DNA of 64,000 bases from a bacterium (GTDB lineage Bacteria; Bacillota_I; Bacilli_A; RF39; UBA660): positions 34,353 to 98,352 of the forward strand of contig CAVIUA010000040.1 of NCBI GenBank assembly GCA_963645945.1, given 5' to 3'. Shown in pieces: positions 37,774 to 46,963 of this stretch. The position numbers were made by a program, and so were the translations under genes. Position 1 is the stretch's first letter. Every line of letters begins with the position of its first letter. The notes beneath the pieces are model-generated. The model had not been told where the DNA came from. It saw only the letters and a program-made list of their open reading frames with translations, and made no database searches.

Positions 37774-38370
37774 CTATGTTAGAGAAAAGAGCTTTGGTAC
37801 TACATATGTTTCAATTAAGGAACTAAATATTAATATAATGATACTAATAACTAATAATTTTAAATATCTATTTACAATAATTCTTTTATTATATTCTTTT
37901 TTTTGAAAAAGATAATTAAATAACATTACTGAAAAACTTATTGAATAATAGCTTATTACAAAAAATATAAATAAATTAATAATATTTGGTACTATATATA
38001 TTAAGGCTTTAATTACTCCATTTAATTTATATGCACTTATAATGCTGGATATGGTAAAACCTAAACTTAAACTTTTGAATCCTAGTAATATAATTACTAT
38101 TGGAATTCCTATTATTGAAATACCTAGTAACCAGATAGTTAAGTCTATTATTATATTACTAGTTAATGTTTTAAATAATAGTTCATTTGTTTTTATTTGA
38201 TTGTTTTTTATTGTATCAAAGAATGTATTTAGACTTGTTTCAATTATTTTTTTATTTTCTTCATTTAGAATACTTGGTAATAATATTCCTATTATGAATG
38301 ATACAATACATATTATAAAGATTAATATTAATTTTTTTTTATCTTTTTGTTTATTTATTATTTTTTTCAT
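37774..38370 (-). CDS. Multi-pass membrane protein (possibly SpoIIM-like)
   Basis: About 5 transmembrane helices in 198 aa. The SpoIIM resemblance rests only on size and topology. Confidence 0.3.
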   Translation of the reverse strand: MKKIINKQKDKKKLILIFIICIVSFIIGILLPSILNEENKKIIETSLNTFFDTIKNNQIKTNELLFKTLTSNIIIDLTIWLLGISIIGIPIVIILLGFKSLSLGFTISSIISAYKLNGVIKALIYIVPNIINLFIFFVISYYSISFSVMLFNYLFQKKEYNKRIIVNRYLKLLVISIIILIFSSLIETYVVPKLFSLT

Positions 38371-38472
38371 ATTATCATCCTCATTTAAATATATTATTTT
38401 TATTTGTTTCTATGTAAAAATATGTTTTACTTTTTATGACAATTATTTTATAATTATATTGAGGTGTATGCT

Positions 38473-38559
38473 ATGAATAAGAATGTAACACGTATTATAT
38501 CAATTATTTTATGTTTAGCAATGGTAATTGGTTTTATTAGTGTTCTATTTTATTTATAA
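38473..38559 (+). CDS. 28-aa hydrophobic peptide (MNKNVTRIISIILCLAMVIGFISVLFYL)
   Basis: -10 TATAAT at 38449-38454 and GAGGTG ribosome-binding site about 20 nt downstream, 6 nt before the ATG. Single transmembrane helix. Followed by its own terminator. Confidence 0.35.
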   Translation: MNKNVTRIISIILCLAMVIGFISVLFYL

Positions 38560-38567
38560 AAAGAAGA

Positions 38568-38592
38568 AGTCATCGCTTGATGGCTTTTTTAT
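38568..38592 (+). terminator. Terminator (AGUCAUC/GAUGGCU with one G-U pair, plus T6)
   Basis: Hairpin followed by TTTTTT directly after the small-peptide ORF. Confidence 0.5.
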
Positions 38593-38851
38593 ATGTAAGG
38601 AAAGTGCTTTTTATTTTTCAAGTTTTTATAATTGGACCGTTGATAAACAAACGTTTGTGTTATAGTATTGTAAGACAAGTAATTAAGGAGTAAGAAACTG
38701 GACATGTTTTAATTCTGGATGTGAAAAATGATAGAGTTATAAAAGTTAAAAAAATATGAATAAAATAATTAGTATGGTAGCGACTTTAGGCCATTATGGC
38801 GAATAGAGTTTACTTTATCTATGAAGTAGGAAGTTTGAGCGGTGATGACCA

Positions 38852-38898
38852 AGTAAAAAAACGACAAATTGAAATTTATAAATTGAGTTTTGTCGTTT
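38852..38898 (-). terminator. Terminator for gene 38900..39202 (AAACGACAAA/TTTGTCGTTT, long loop, T7 on the minus strand)
   Basis: 10-bp perfect inverted repeat beginning directly after the stop. A-run on the plus strand equals a T-run on the minus strand. Confidence 0.5.
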
Positions 38899-38899
38899 A

Positions 38900-39202
38900 T
38901 TACTTGCTTATATATCCTTCAATTTCAGGGTTTATATTTTTTATTGTGTCATTACTAAAATTATATTTATTAGCAATGTCATTTATTCTCTTATAGTCTT
39001 TTGCTAGATAAAGCATTAATATACCAGATATGCGGTCTGCTGTATATTGACTTAATTTAGCATAGTCTGATGATGAAATATTATATTTGGTTTTTATACT
39101 ATTGGCAGGTCCTAGTGCATATAAATAATTTGTTAGAGAACGACTTACTTTATCTATTTCTTTATTTCGATCTTTTAATCTTACTTTTGTCCATACTTTC
39201 AT
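38900..39202 (-). CDS. Hypothetical protein (100 aa)
   Basis: ORF with a terminator. No recognised motif. Confidence 0.4.
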   Translation of the reverse strand: MKVWTKVRLKDRNKEIDKVSRSLTNYLYALGPANSIKTKYNISSSDYAKLSQYTADRISGILMLYLAKDYKRINDIANKYNFSNDTIKNINPEIEGYISK

Positions 39203-39271
39203 ATTAATACCTTCCTTTTCTTTGTCTTAATATACTAGCATATATAAAGAAAAAAAGAAAGCAAAACTTTC

Positions 39272-39796
39272 TTATTTTAAATATGGATTATTTTCTTTTT
39301 CATATTTTAGTGTTGTATCTTCATCATGACCAGGATATAGTTTTATATTTTCATCGTATGTTAGAATTTTCTTGATACTTTCTTTCATTTCGTCGGGATT
39401 AGCTCCAGGTAAATCTGTTCTACCAATTGATTCTTTAAATATAAAGTCTCCAACAAACATTACATTTTCTTCTTCAAAATAGAAAGTTACAGAATCTTTT
39501 GAATGACCTGGAGTATATATACATTTAAATTTAAATGGTCCTACTGCATATTCTTTTTCTTCTAAATTACTTCTTTTAAATATTTTAATAGATTTTTTAG
39601 TTAAGAAATTTCTTAGTGCTCCTATATGGTCAAAATGAGAATGGGTTATTAAAACTCCTAGTATTTTGTTGTCTCCAATGGCTTCTTTTATATTTAAATA
39701 GTCATCTCCCGGATCTATTACTAAAGCTTCTTTATTTTCAATTAAGACATAACAATTTTCGTCTAATGCTCCTGTTACTACTTTTTTAATTTCCAT
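39272..39796 (-). CDS. MBL-fold metallo-hydrolase (short form)
   Basis: HSHFDHIG metal-binding motif with downstream His/Asp ligands. Confidence 0.7.
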   Translation of the reverse strand: MEIKKVVTGALDENCYVLIENKEALVIDPGDDYLNIKEAIGDNKILGVLITHSHFDHIGALRNFLTKKSIKIFKRSNLEEKEYAVGPFKFKCIYTPGHSKDSVTFYFEEENVMFVGDFIFKESIGRTDLPGANPDEMKESIKKILTYDENIKLYPGHDEDTTLKYEKENNPYLK

Positions 39797-39814
39797 TATT
39801 AATTCACCTGCTTT

Positions 39815-40615
39815 TTATATTTTTAATTCTTTACTTTTATATACATAATTATAATTTGTATCTAATTTGAATGTATAGATATATGTTCCGGAAACTAAAT
39901 TTTCTGGCAATTTTTGACCTTCACTTCCGTAATATTTTACATTTTCATATAGAAAAATTGTAGATTCTTGTGATGTTGCTTTTACAAGTTCTTTTTCGGC
40001 TCTGTATGTTGTTGATTGTTCTTCTTCACAATATCCTTCTACATATTCTCCCCTTTTTTCAATATATTGATATCCACCGATGCATTTTCTACCTATTTGT
40101 ATATTATTATTTTGAAAATTAGCATCTTCACCAAAGAGTTTTTTATATTCTACTTTAAGGGTTTCTTCTTTAAATGCTTTTGGTGTGTATGTGTTATTAT
40201 TTATACAAGAATAATATGGCATTACTGTGTCATTGAAATAATTACAGTTAGAATCATATATTTTGTAATTTGGTATTAGTCTATAGGCTAAATATATTTT
40301 TAGGGAATCATTTAATTCTGTTTCTGCAGCATCTTCTTTAATTGTTGTATAGACTTTGTTGTAAAGATCTTGAACTATTGTTGAATCAAGTGAAAGTTCT
40401 TTTACATCACCTGTTGTTGATACTGGTGTACATTTTTCGTTTAAATCATAAATTTCTTTTTGATGTTCAGTATATGTGGAATATGTGAAAAAACAGAATC
40501 CAGCTACTACAAACAGGAAAAATATTAATCCTGTATGTTTTTTCTTTTTCTTTGGTTCTGCCATTGTATTTTGTGTTGCTACTGGCGTTGTGTTTGCATT
40601 ATTGGTATTATCCAT
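39815..40615 (-). CDS. Membrane-anchored, probably extracytoplasmic, hypothetical protein
   Basis: Polar N-terminus, KKKKK stop-transfer, one transmembrane helix, and a Cys-containing extracellular domain. Confidence 0.45.
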   Translation of the reverse strand: MDNTNNANTTPVATQNTMAEPKKKKKHTGLIFFLFVVAGFCFFTYSTYTEHQKEIYDLNEKCTPVSTTGDVKELSLDSTIVQDLYNKVYTTIKEDAAETELNDSLKIYLAYRLIPNYKIYDSNCNYFNDTVMPYYSCINNNTYTPKAFKEETLKVEYKKLFGEDANFQNNNIQIGRKCIGGYQYIEKRGEYVEGYCEEEQSTTYRAEKELVKATSQESTIFLYENVKYYGSEGQKLPENLVSGTYIYTFKLDTNYNYVYKSKELKI

Positions 40616-40692
40616 TTTATAATCAGCCCTTTCCTACTCTATTTATTATTTTAATATAAATGATGAAAAATCTCAAGTTATTTACAATGAAA

Positions 40693-40721
40693 AAATTTCC
40701 TTTTTAGGAAATTTTTTTAAT
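40693..40721. terminator. Bidirectional terminator (AAATTTCCT/AGGAAATTT)
   Basis: 9-bp stem flanked by A-runs and T-runs. Confidence 0.5.
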
Positions 40722-40929
40722 TTTCTTTTTATTTATGGCTTTCTTCAATTTTTATTTTTTTTGCTCGTTTGAAAAAGGGTTCTGTTTTATATAATGTTTA
40801 CCATATCTTTTATTTGTTGCTTTTGAATTGGATTTAAATTACTTATTCCAATTACATGATTAGCATCAAGACTTCTAAAGGTTATTTGATTTTCTCATCT
40901 CTGCAAAACCTTTTTTATTTTAAATAATA

Positions 40930-43302
40930 TCAATCATTTAAAGATTTATCAAATTGTGAATTGTAAAGATTTGCATAAAATCCATTTTTCTTTAATAGTT
41001 CTTCATGATTACCTTGTTCAATGATATCGCCTTCATTCATAACAAGAATTAAATCAGCATTTTTTATAGTTGAAAGTCTATGAGCTATTATAAAACTAGT
41101 TCTTCCTTGCATAAGTTTATCCATGGCTTTTTGAACTAATTCTTCGGTTCTAGTATCAACATTAGATGTTGCTTCATCTAGTATTAAAAATGGAGCATCT
41201 TCTATCATACCTCTTGCGATAGTTAAAAGTTGCTTTTGTCCAGCAGAAATACTTTCATTGTCACTAAGTTCAGTATTATATCCTTCTGGAAGTGTTTTTA
41301 TAAAATGATCTAGACCTATTGTTTTGCATACTTCTTTTATTTTCTCATCTGATATATTTTGGTGATTATATATGATGTTTTCTTTTATTGTACCATTAAA
41401 TAACCAGGTATCTTGTAAGACCATTGTAAATAATGTATGAATGTTTTCTCTAGATAAATCATTAATGGATATTCCATCTATTATTATGTCACCAGAATTT
41501 ATTTCATAGAACTTCATTAATAAGTTTACAAGTGTTGTTTTACCGGCTCCTGTTGGTCCTACAATGGCAATTTTTTGTCCAGGTTTAGCACTAGCAGTAA
41601 AATTTTTAATAGTTGGCTTTTCATTTCCATCATATTTAAAGACAACATTTTTAAATTCTATTTTGCCTGTTATTTTATCTTTTTCTAAAAGTTTAGTTAT
41701 TTCTTTTTGATTACTCATTTCGTTTTCATCTAAGAATTCATAAACTCTTTCGCTTGCTGCTGCTGTAGTTTGTAATCTTGATGCAACTTGTCCTAATTCT
41801 GATAATGGTGATGAAAATAATCTAACATAGGTGATGAATGCTACAATTACACCAAAGGTAATGTTTCCATTCATAGTTAATAAGGCTCCAACGATACAGA
41901 CTGCGACATAACTAAAGTTTCCTATAAATTGCATCATTGAAGGCATAAGTCCTGATAAAAATTGACTTTTTCGATTAGCGTTGTATAGTTTTTTATTTAA
42001 TTCATCAAATTTTTTATTAGCTTCTTCTGTACCATTGTAAACTTTAACGACATTAATACCTGAATATACTTCTTCAATATGACCATTTAAATTTCCAAGT
42101 TCTACTTGGCGTTCAGTAAAGTATTTTTGTGATTTACCTAATACTAAGAACATAAATATAAATCCAAACAAGCTTGATAATATTGCTGTAAGAGCTAAAA
42201 TCCAGTTTGTTACAAACATCATTATTATTGTACCTAGTAATAAGGTTGTTGCACTTACTAAAGTTGATAATGATTCATTCATTGACTGTGCTATAGTATC
42301 AATATCATTGGTAATTCTCGATAAAATGTCACCAGTAGAATGTGCATCAAAATATTTTAATGGTAATTTATTAATTTTTGTTGATATACTAGTACGAAGT
42401 TTTTGAGCAAATCTATTTGCAGTTTCAGTCATAGCGATAGATTCAATATAATTAAATAAAGTACTTATTATATATAATGTTGCTAGTAATATAGTTATAT
42501 TTTTAATTTTTTCTAGGTTCATTTTTGGTTCTACTAATGTTTTAATACTTGTAGGTAATTCATCTATTTTTTTATATAATTTATTTACATCAATATCTTT
42601 TTTATCTTTGACATTAAGTGATTTAAAGATATTTAGAAATTCAATTTGGTCTTTACTTGATATAGTTTTATTTAGTACTTTTAACTCTGGTAGTAATATT
42701 TTTGATAAATTTGTACTTAATTCAGTATCATTATTTGTAAAATATTTTAGTAAAGTAATTTTTTCATTTACACTTATTTTAGTATTTTTATAGCTGGTTT
42801 CTTTTAAAATAATTTTTAATATGTTATCTGGTAAATTACTAAGCTCTGTTATAGCGTCAGTTGGATTTTCTTTTACTTTTAATAAGAAATTATTGAATAG
42901 TAATTTATCATTTTCTGTTATATCTGTAGATGTTAATATTTTGTTAATATTATTTTCATTTAAATCAACACTTAATATTTCTTGAATATTTTTGGCGGTT
43001 TCATCTGATTTTAAATTTTTTGTAATACTTTTTGTTACTGTTTCTAAATTTTTATTATTTACGACTAATCCTTCAGAAATTTTATCTGTTAAATCTGATA
43101 ATATATTTGGTGTAAATATTGCTAAAATTGATGATGAAGCTGCTAAAATTAGTGAAATTATTATCAAAACTTTATATATTTTTAATTCATGAAATAATCT
43201 TTTAATTGCTTCTTTAAAGTTTTTTGGTTTTTCAACAGCATTAGGTCCTCCTGGAGGCCCATGTCTTTTTGGTTCATTTGTATTTTCTCTATCGTTAGAC
43301 AT
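40930..43302 (-). CDS. ABC exporter ATP-binding/permease subunit (heterodimer partner, 790 aa with a long extracytoplasmic insert)
   Basis: Transmembrane domain plus nucleotide-binding domain (GPTGAGKTT Walker A, LSAGQKQLL signature, ILDEATS Walker B). Confidence 0.85.
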   Translation of the reverse strand: MSNDRENTNEPKRHGPPGGPNAVEKPKNFKEAIKRLFHELKIYKVLIIISLILAASSSILAIFTPNILSDLTDKISEGLVVNNKNLETVTKSITKNLKSDETAKNIQEILSVDLNENNINKILTSTDITENDKLLFNNFLLKVKENPTDAITELSNLPDNILKIILKETSYKNTKISVNEKITLLKYFTNNDTELSTNLSKILLPELKVLNKTISSKDQIEFLNIFKSLNVKDKKDIDVNKLYKKIDELPTSIKTLVEPKMNLEKIKNITILLATLYIISTLFNYIESIAMTETANRFAQKLRTSISTKINKLPLKYFDAHSTGDILSRITNDIDTIAQSMNESLSTLVSATTLLLGTIIMMFVTNWILALTAILSSLFGFIFMFLVLGKSQKYFTERQVELGNLNGHIEEVYSGINVVKVYNGTEEANKKFDELNKKLYNANRKSQFLSGLMPSMMQFIGNFSYVAVCIVGALLTMNGNITFGVIVAFITYVRLFSSPLSELGQVASRLQTTAAASERVYEFLDENEMSNQKEITKLLEKDKITGKIEFKNVVFKYDGNEKPTIKNFTASAKPGQKIAIVGPTGAGKTTLVNLLMKFYEINSGDIIIDGISINDLSRENIHTLFTMVLQDTWLFNGTIKENIIYNHQNISDEKIKEVCKTIGLDHFIKTLPEGYNTELSDNESISAGQKQLLTIARGMIEDAPFLILDEATSNVDTRTEELVQKAMDKLMQGRTSFIIAHRLSTIKNADLILVMNEGDIIEQGNHEELLKKNGFYANLYNSQFDKSLND

Positions 43303-45052
43303 TTTCTATTTCCTCCTTTGATAATTGTGATAAGGCTATTTGTTTATATATTTCACATGACTTTAATAATTCTTTATGTGTACCTATACCAACACATTTT
43401 CCATTATCTAAAACCAATATTTTGTCTGCATTCATTATTGTACCAATGCGTTGAGCAACAATTAGGTTTGTAGCATCTTTTGTATGTTTCTTTAATTCTT
43501 TTCGTAAAATAGAATCGGTTTTGTAGTCAAGTGCTGAAAATGAATCATCAAATATATATATTTCTGGATTTCTAGCTATTGCTCTGGCAATTGCTAAACG
43601 CTGTTTCTGACCACCGGAAATATTGGTACCATTTTGAGATAATTTTGTTTGATATTGTTTATCCATTTTTTCAACAAATTCTTTTGCTTGAGCAACTTTT
43701 ATTGCTGTTTTTATATCACTTTCGGTTTTTTTGTTACTGCTTTTTCCGTATGATACATTAAAATCTACAGAGCCATTAAATATAACGGCTTTTTGTGGTA
43801 TGTAACCTAATTTATTATTTAATGTTTCTTCTTTATATTCTTTAACATTTATACCATCTACTAAGACTTCTCCTTCGCTTGCATCATAAAATCTTGGTAC
43901 TAAGTTAATAAGTGTTGATTTACCAGAACCTGTTGAACCTATAAAGGCTACAGTTTCACCTTTATTTGCCTTAAATGAAATATTTTTTAAAACATATTCT
44001 TCAGCATCAGGATATTTAAATGATACATTTTTAAATTCTACGGTACCAGTTTCTTTTGTTTTTTCTTTGAAGTTTCCTTCTGTTATGGAGTTTTTTGTTT
44101 CTAAAACTTCATTAATACGTTCTGCAGATACTTGAGCTCTTGGAAGCATCATAAATATCATTGCTAACATTAAGAATGACATTATTATTTGCATAGCGTA
44201 AGAAGAAAATACTACCATGTCACCAAATAAAGCTATTTTATTTGTCATTAGGGCTCCATCAATTAAAAATGATCCGATGAAATATATTGATAAAGCTAGA
44301 CCATTCATTACTAAAAACATTATTGGTGATAATATAGCAAATTTCTTCTGATTAAATAATTGTTGATTAGTTAATTTTTCATTAACTTCTTCAAATTTAT
44401 CTTCTTGATATTTTTCAGCATTAAAGGCTCTTACAACTCTAATACCAGTTAAATTTTCTCTTGTTACTCCATTTACTTTATCTATTAATTTTTGAACTAT
44501 TTTAAACTTAGGCATAACTATTATTGTTATAATACTTATTACCGATAGTAATATTACAATAGCAACAGCGGTTGCAGCACTCCATTGCCAGCTTTTATTA
44601 AGTATTTTAAAAACTGCCCAAACTGCGGTAATTGGAGCTTTTAATAATAATTGTAGTCCAAAACTAATTAACATTTCTATTTGAGTTATATCATTGGTTG
44701 TTCTTGTTATTAAACTGTTTGTTTTAAATAATTTGATTTCACTCATTGAAAGTTCTTCTACTTTTGTAAAAATACTTTTTCTTAAATTCATTGAGAATGA
44801 AGATGCTACATTAGCAATTATATAACCAGTTATTATGGCTGCTACCAAACTGCCAAAGGCACAGATAATCATCCAAGTACCATTGTAGATAATTTCTGAC
44901 ATCTTACTACCTTCTGTTTGAACTAATTTTGTTATTTGAGACATATAATCTGGCATTTTTAACTCTAACCAAACTTCTACTACTATTAATATTAAAGCTA
45001 TAAATGAAAATAGCCATTCTTTCTTTTTAAATCTTTTAAGCAATTTAATCAT
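43295..45052 (-). CDS. ABC exporter ATP-binding/permease subunit (585 aa)
   Basis: Transmembrane domain plus nucleotide-binding domain (GSTGSGKST, ISGGQKQRLAIARA, IFDDSFSALD). Overlaps the partner gene by 8 nt. Confidence 0.85.
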   Translation of the reverse strand: MIKLLKRFKKKEWLFSFIALILIVVEVWLELKMPDYMSQITKLVQTEGSKMSEIIYNGTWMIICAFGSLVAAIITGYIIANVASSFSMNLRKSIFTKVEELSMSEIKLFKTNSLITRTTNDITQIEMLISFGLQLLLKAPITAVWAVFKILNKSWQWSAATAVAIVILLSVISIITIIVMPKFKIVQKLIDKVNGVTRENLTGIRVVRAFNAEKYQEDKFEEVNEKLTNQQLFNQKKFAILSPIMFLVMNGLALSIYFIGSFLIDGALMTNKIALFGDMVVFSSYAMQIIMSFLMLAMIFMMLPRAQVSAERINEVLETKNSITEGNFKEKTKETGTVEFKNVSFKYPDAEEYVLKNISFKANKGETVAFIGSTGSGKSTLINLVPRFYDASEGEVLVDGINVKEYKEETLNNKLGYIPQKAVIFNGSVDFNVSYGKSSNKKTESDIKTAIKVAQAKEFVEKMDKQYQTKLSQNGTNISGGQKQRLAIARAIARNPEIYIFDDSFSALDYKTDSILRKELKKHTKDATNLIVAQRIGTIMNADKILVLDNGKCVGIGTHKELLKSCEIYKQIALSQLSKEEIENV

Positions 45053-45055
45053 ATT

Positions 45056-45508
45056 TTATATACCCTCTTTCTTTTTGATGTTTTCTTTCATTTGCGATAT
45101 TACTTTTAGAAATATTTCTAAGTCTTTATCTGATATATCTTTTATTATATTATTCTCAATATTTTTAATTTTCTTTATATCTTCATCAAATCTTTTGACA
45201 ATTTTACTATTTAGAATTATTTTTTTAGTTCTTGTATCAGATTTATCTGTTATTCTTTTTATTAGACCATTCTTTTCCATTGTATGCAAAACACCAGACA
45301 CTGTTGCGCGACGCAACTCTAAAATTTTTTCTAAATCTTTTTGATATATATCTTTATTTTTATTATTAAGTATATATTCAATAATCTGACATTGTGTTGG
45401 CGTTGATAATAGATTTTCTTCGTTCTTTGCATCACTAATGTTAATGAGTTCTCTTACCAACATTTTTTCAAGTGATTTTATTTCATACAGAACTTTGTTA
45501 TCATTCAT
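45056..45508 (-). CDS. MarR family transcriptional regulator
   Basis: 150 aa winged-helix protein (RRATVSGVLHTMEKNGLIKR), first gene of the ABC operon. Confidence 0.75.
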   Translation of the reverse strand: MNDNKVLYEIKSLEKMLVRELINISDAKNEENLLSTPTQCQIIEYILNNKNKDIYQKDLEKILELRRATVSGVLHTMEKNGLIKRITDKSDTRTKKIILNSKIVKRFDEDIKKIKNIENNIIKDISDKDLEIFLKVISQMKENIKKKEGI

Positions 45509-45595
45509 AATTTCACCTTCATATTTATACTTTGCTTTTTAATTTTAATACGATGTTTTAATTTTGTCAACAACCTTACAATCTTTAATGACAAA
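45509..45595 (-). promoter_or_regulatory. Sigma-A promoter TTGACA-17-TAAAAT with overlapping palindrome TTTGTCA-N19-TGACAAA (candidate MarR operator)
   Basis: Read on the minus strand: gttgTTGACAaaattaaaacatcgtatTAAAATtaaaaagcaaagtataaatatGAAGGTGaaattATG. The inverted repeat at 45563-45569 and 45589-45595 overlaps the -35 box. Confidence 0.5.
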
Positions 45596-45618
45596 TAAAA
45601 AGTAGTTTTACACTACTT
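45594..45618 (-). terminator. Terminator downstream of the tRNA (AAAGTAGT/ACTACTTT)
   Basis: 8-bp perfect stem followed by a T-rich run on the minus strand. Confidence 0.5.
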
Positions 45619-45629
45619 TAGTTTTAAAA

Positions 45630-45706
45630 TGGTAGCCTGTACGGAATTCGAATCCGTGAATGTTGCCTTGAGAGGGCAATGTGTTAAGCCACTTCACCAA
45701 CAGGCC
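45630..45706 (-). tRNA. tRNA, anticodon CUC (Glu) by hand-folding; CCA encoded
   Basis: Cloverleaf: acceptor GGCCTGT/ACAGGCT (G1-U72), T-arm ACGGA-TTCGAAT-TCCGT, anticodon stem TTGCC/GGCAA with loop CTCTCAA, 5-nt variable loop, discriminator A plus CCA. Confidence 0.75.
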
Positions 45707-45834
45707 ATTTCTTAATGTCTTTTACAAGAACATCTCAATTTTATCATAGTTAATTTAGTTTTTCAATACATCAAATTATTTTTTGATAAATACACATTAA
45801 AATTTATTGCTTATTTGTTATTTTTTTCTTATAC

Positions 45835-46605
45835 TTGAATAAAGGTGGTTATTCTAATATGAGTTTATTTGAAAAAAAATATGATGTTGATAAAGATATG
45901 TTAATGAGACAATTTTCGCCAGATGAAGGATATTATTATGTTAAATTTATTGACGGAGAAAAAGTAAAAATTGATTCTTCTAAATTAAATTCTAAAACAA
46001 ATAGACTTCTAAAAGGAGAAAATCAAAGGCTTGCTTCCAATCGTGAATTATTAGAAAATGAAGTTAAGAGATTTTATTTTGCTAAACGGTTCGATAAACT
46101 CCAAAAGCTTGGTTATCCATGTCATTCTTTTGAATATCTTGGCGAAGCTCAAGGAAGTATATCTCCTTTAATGCAAGATTTTTTAGATGATTTAGTTAGT
46201 GAAAAAGATGTTTTAATAGGAATTCATAGAGTTAAAGAAGGAGTTTCAATGAATGATATTGGCGATATATTAGAAAATGGATTAATAATAAATGGTCATT
46301 TAGCTGGTGCTACTAATACTGAAAAAGATTTAGCAAGTACAGTTAGTTATTATCCAGATAATAGAACTATTATAAAAGAATTGATGTATGCTAATCTATA
46401 TAAAAATGCATCTGGTTCTATTTTACTTAGAATACCTGACGAAGACTTAGAAAAAAATGATGATATTTATATTACTACTGGAAATGAAGTTAGAGTTAAT
46501 CCAAAATATATTCTTGGGTTTGTTCCAGTTGATAAAGATCATTATGTTGATAGGCTCGTTACTAAAACTGATTTAAAGAAGGAAGTTATACAAAATAAAA
46601 AATAG
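45835..46605 (+). CDS. Hypothetical protein (256 aa)
   Basis: Ribosome-binding site AAAGGTGG. No recognised motif. Confidence 0.45.
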   Translation: MNKGGYSNMSLFEKKYDVDKDMLMRQFSPDEGYYYVKFIDGEKVKIDSSKLNSKTNRLLKGENQRLASNRELLENEVKRFYFAKRFDKLQKLGYPCHSFEYLGEAQGSISPLMQDFLDDLVSEKDVLIGIHRVKEGVSMNDIGDILENGLIINGHLAGATNTEKDLASTVSYYPDNRTIIKELMYANLYKNASGSILLRIPDEDLEKNDDIYITTGNEVRVNPKYILGFVPVDKDHYVDRLVTKTDLKKEVIQNKK

Positions 46606-46621
46606 TGCCAATTAGGTACTA
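46604..46621. terminator. Weak bidirectional hairpin (AGUGCC/GGUACU)
   Basis: 6-bp stem with one G-U pair, between convergent genes, flanked by AT-runs. Confidence 0.3.
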
Positions 46622-46623
46622 TT

Positions 46624-46914
46624 TTATTTTCTTGGTCTTAATGTTTTTACTAAGACTTGTTTTTTACCACAAAATAGACACGTTTGCTCTACTTCTTCAG
46701 TTTCAATAGTAAAGTCAATTGATTTAGGACGATTTAATGGTTTTATGGTATAAGTCCTATAATTTTTCTTTGGATTTGATGATGCTACAAAGATATGATC
46801 TTCTTCACTTGTACAAATCCTAATACCAAGTTTTTCTTCTAATGAAATATCATTTTTAGTATATTCTTTGGCTGTTTTTAACGTTCTTATTAGTTGTTCT
46901 TCCAATTTACTCAT
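46624..46914 (-). CDS. Hypothetical small protein (96 aa) with a C-terminal CxxC pair
   Basis: C-terminal CLFCGKK. Lies downstream of murC. Confidence 0.4.
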   Translation of the reverse strand: MSKLEEQLIRTLKTAKEYTKNDISLEEKLGIRICTSEEDHIFVASSNPKKNYRTYTIKPLNRPKSIDFTIETEEVEQTCLFCGKKQVLVKTLRPRK

Positions 46915-46963
46915 TTTATCACTTCCAATTGGCGTATATTATATACTAAAAAAGAAGAATTGT

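Noticed and set aside
38771-38790. 8-nt match (ATGGTAGC) to the tRNA 3' end as a possible att direct repeat delimiting an island
   Set aside because: An 8-mer match is expected about twice by chance in 64 kb on two strands. No integrase or recombinase lies between the sites.
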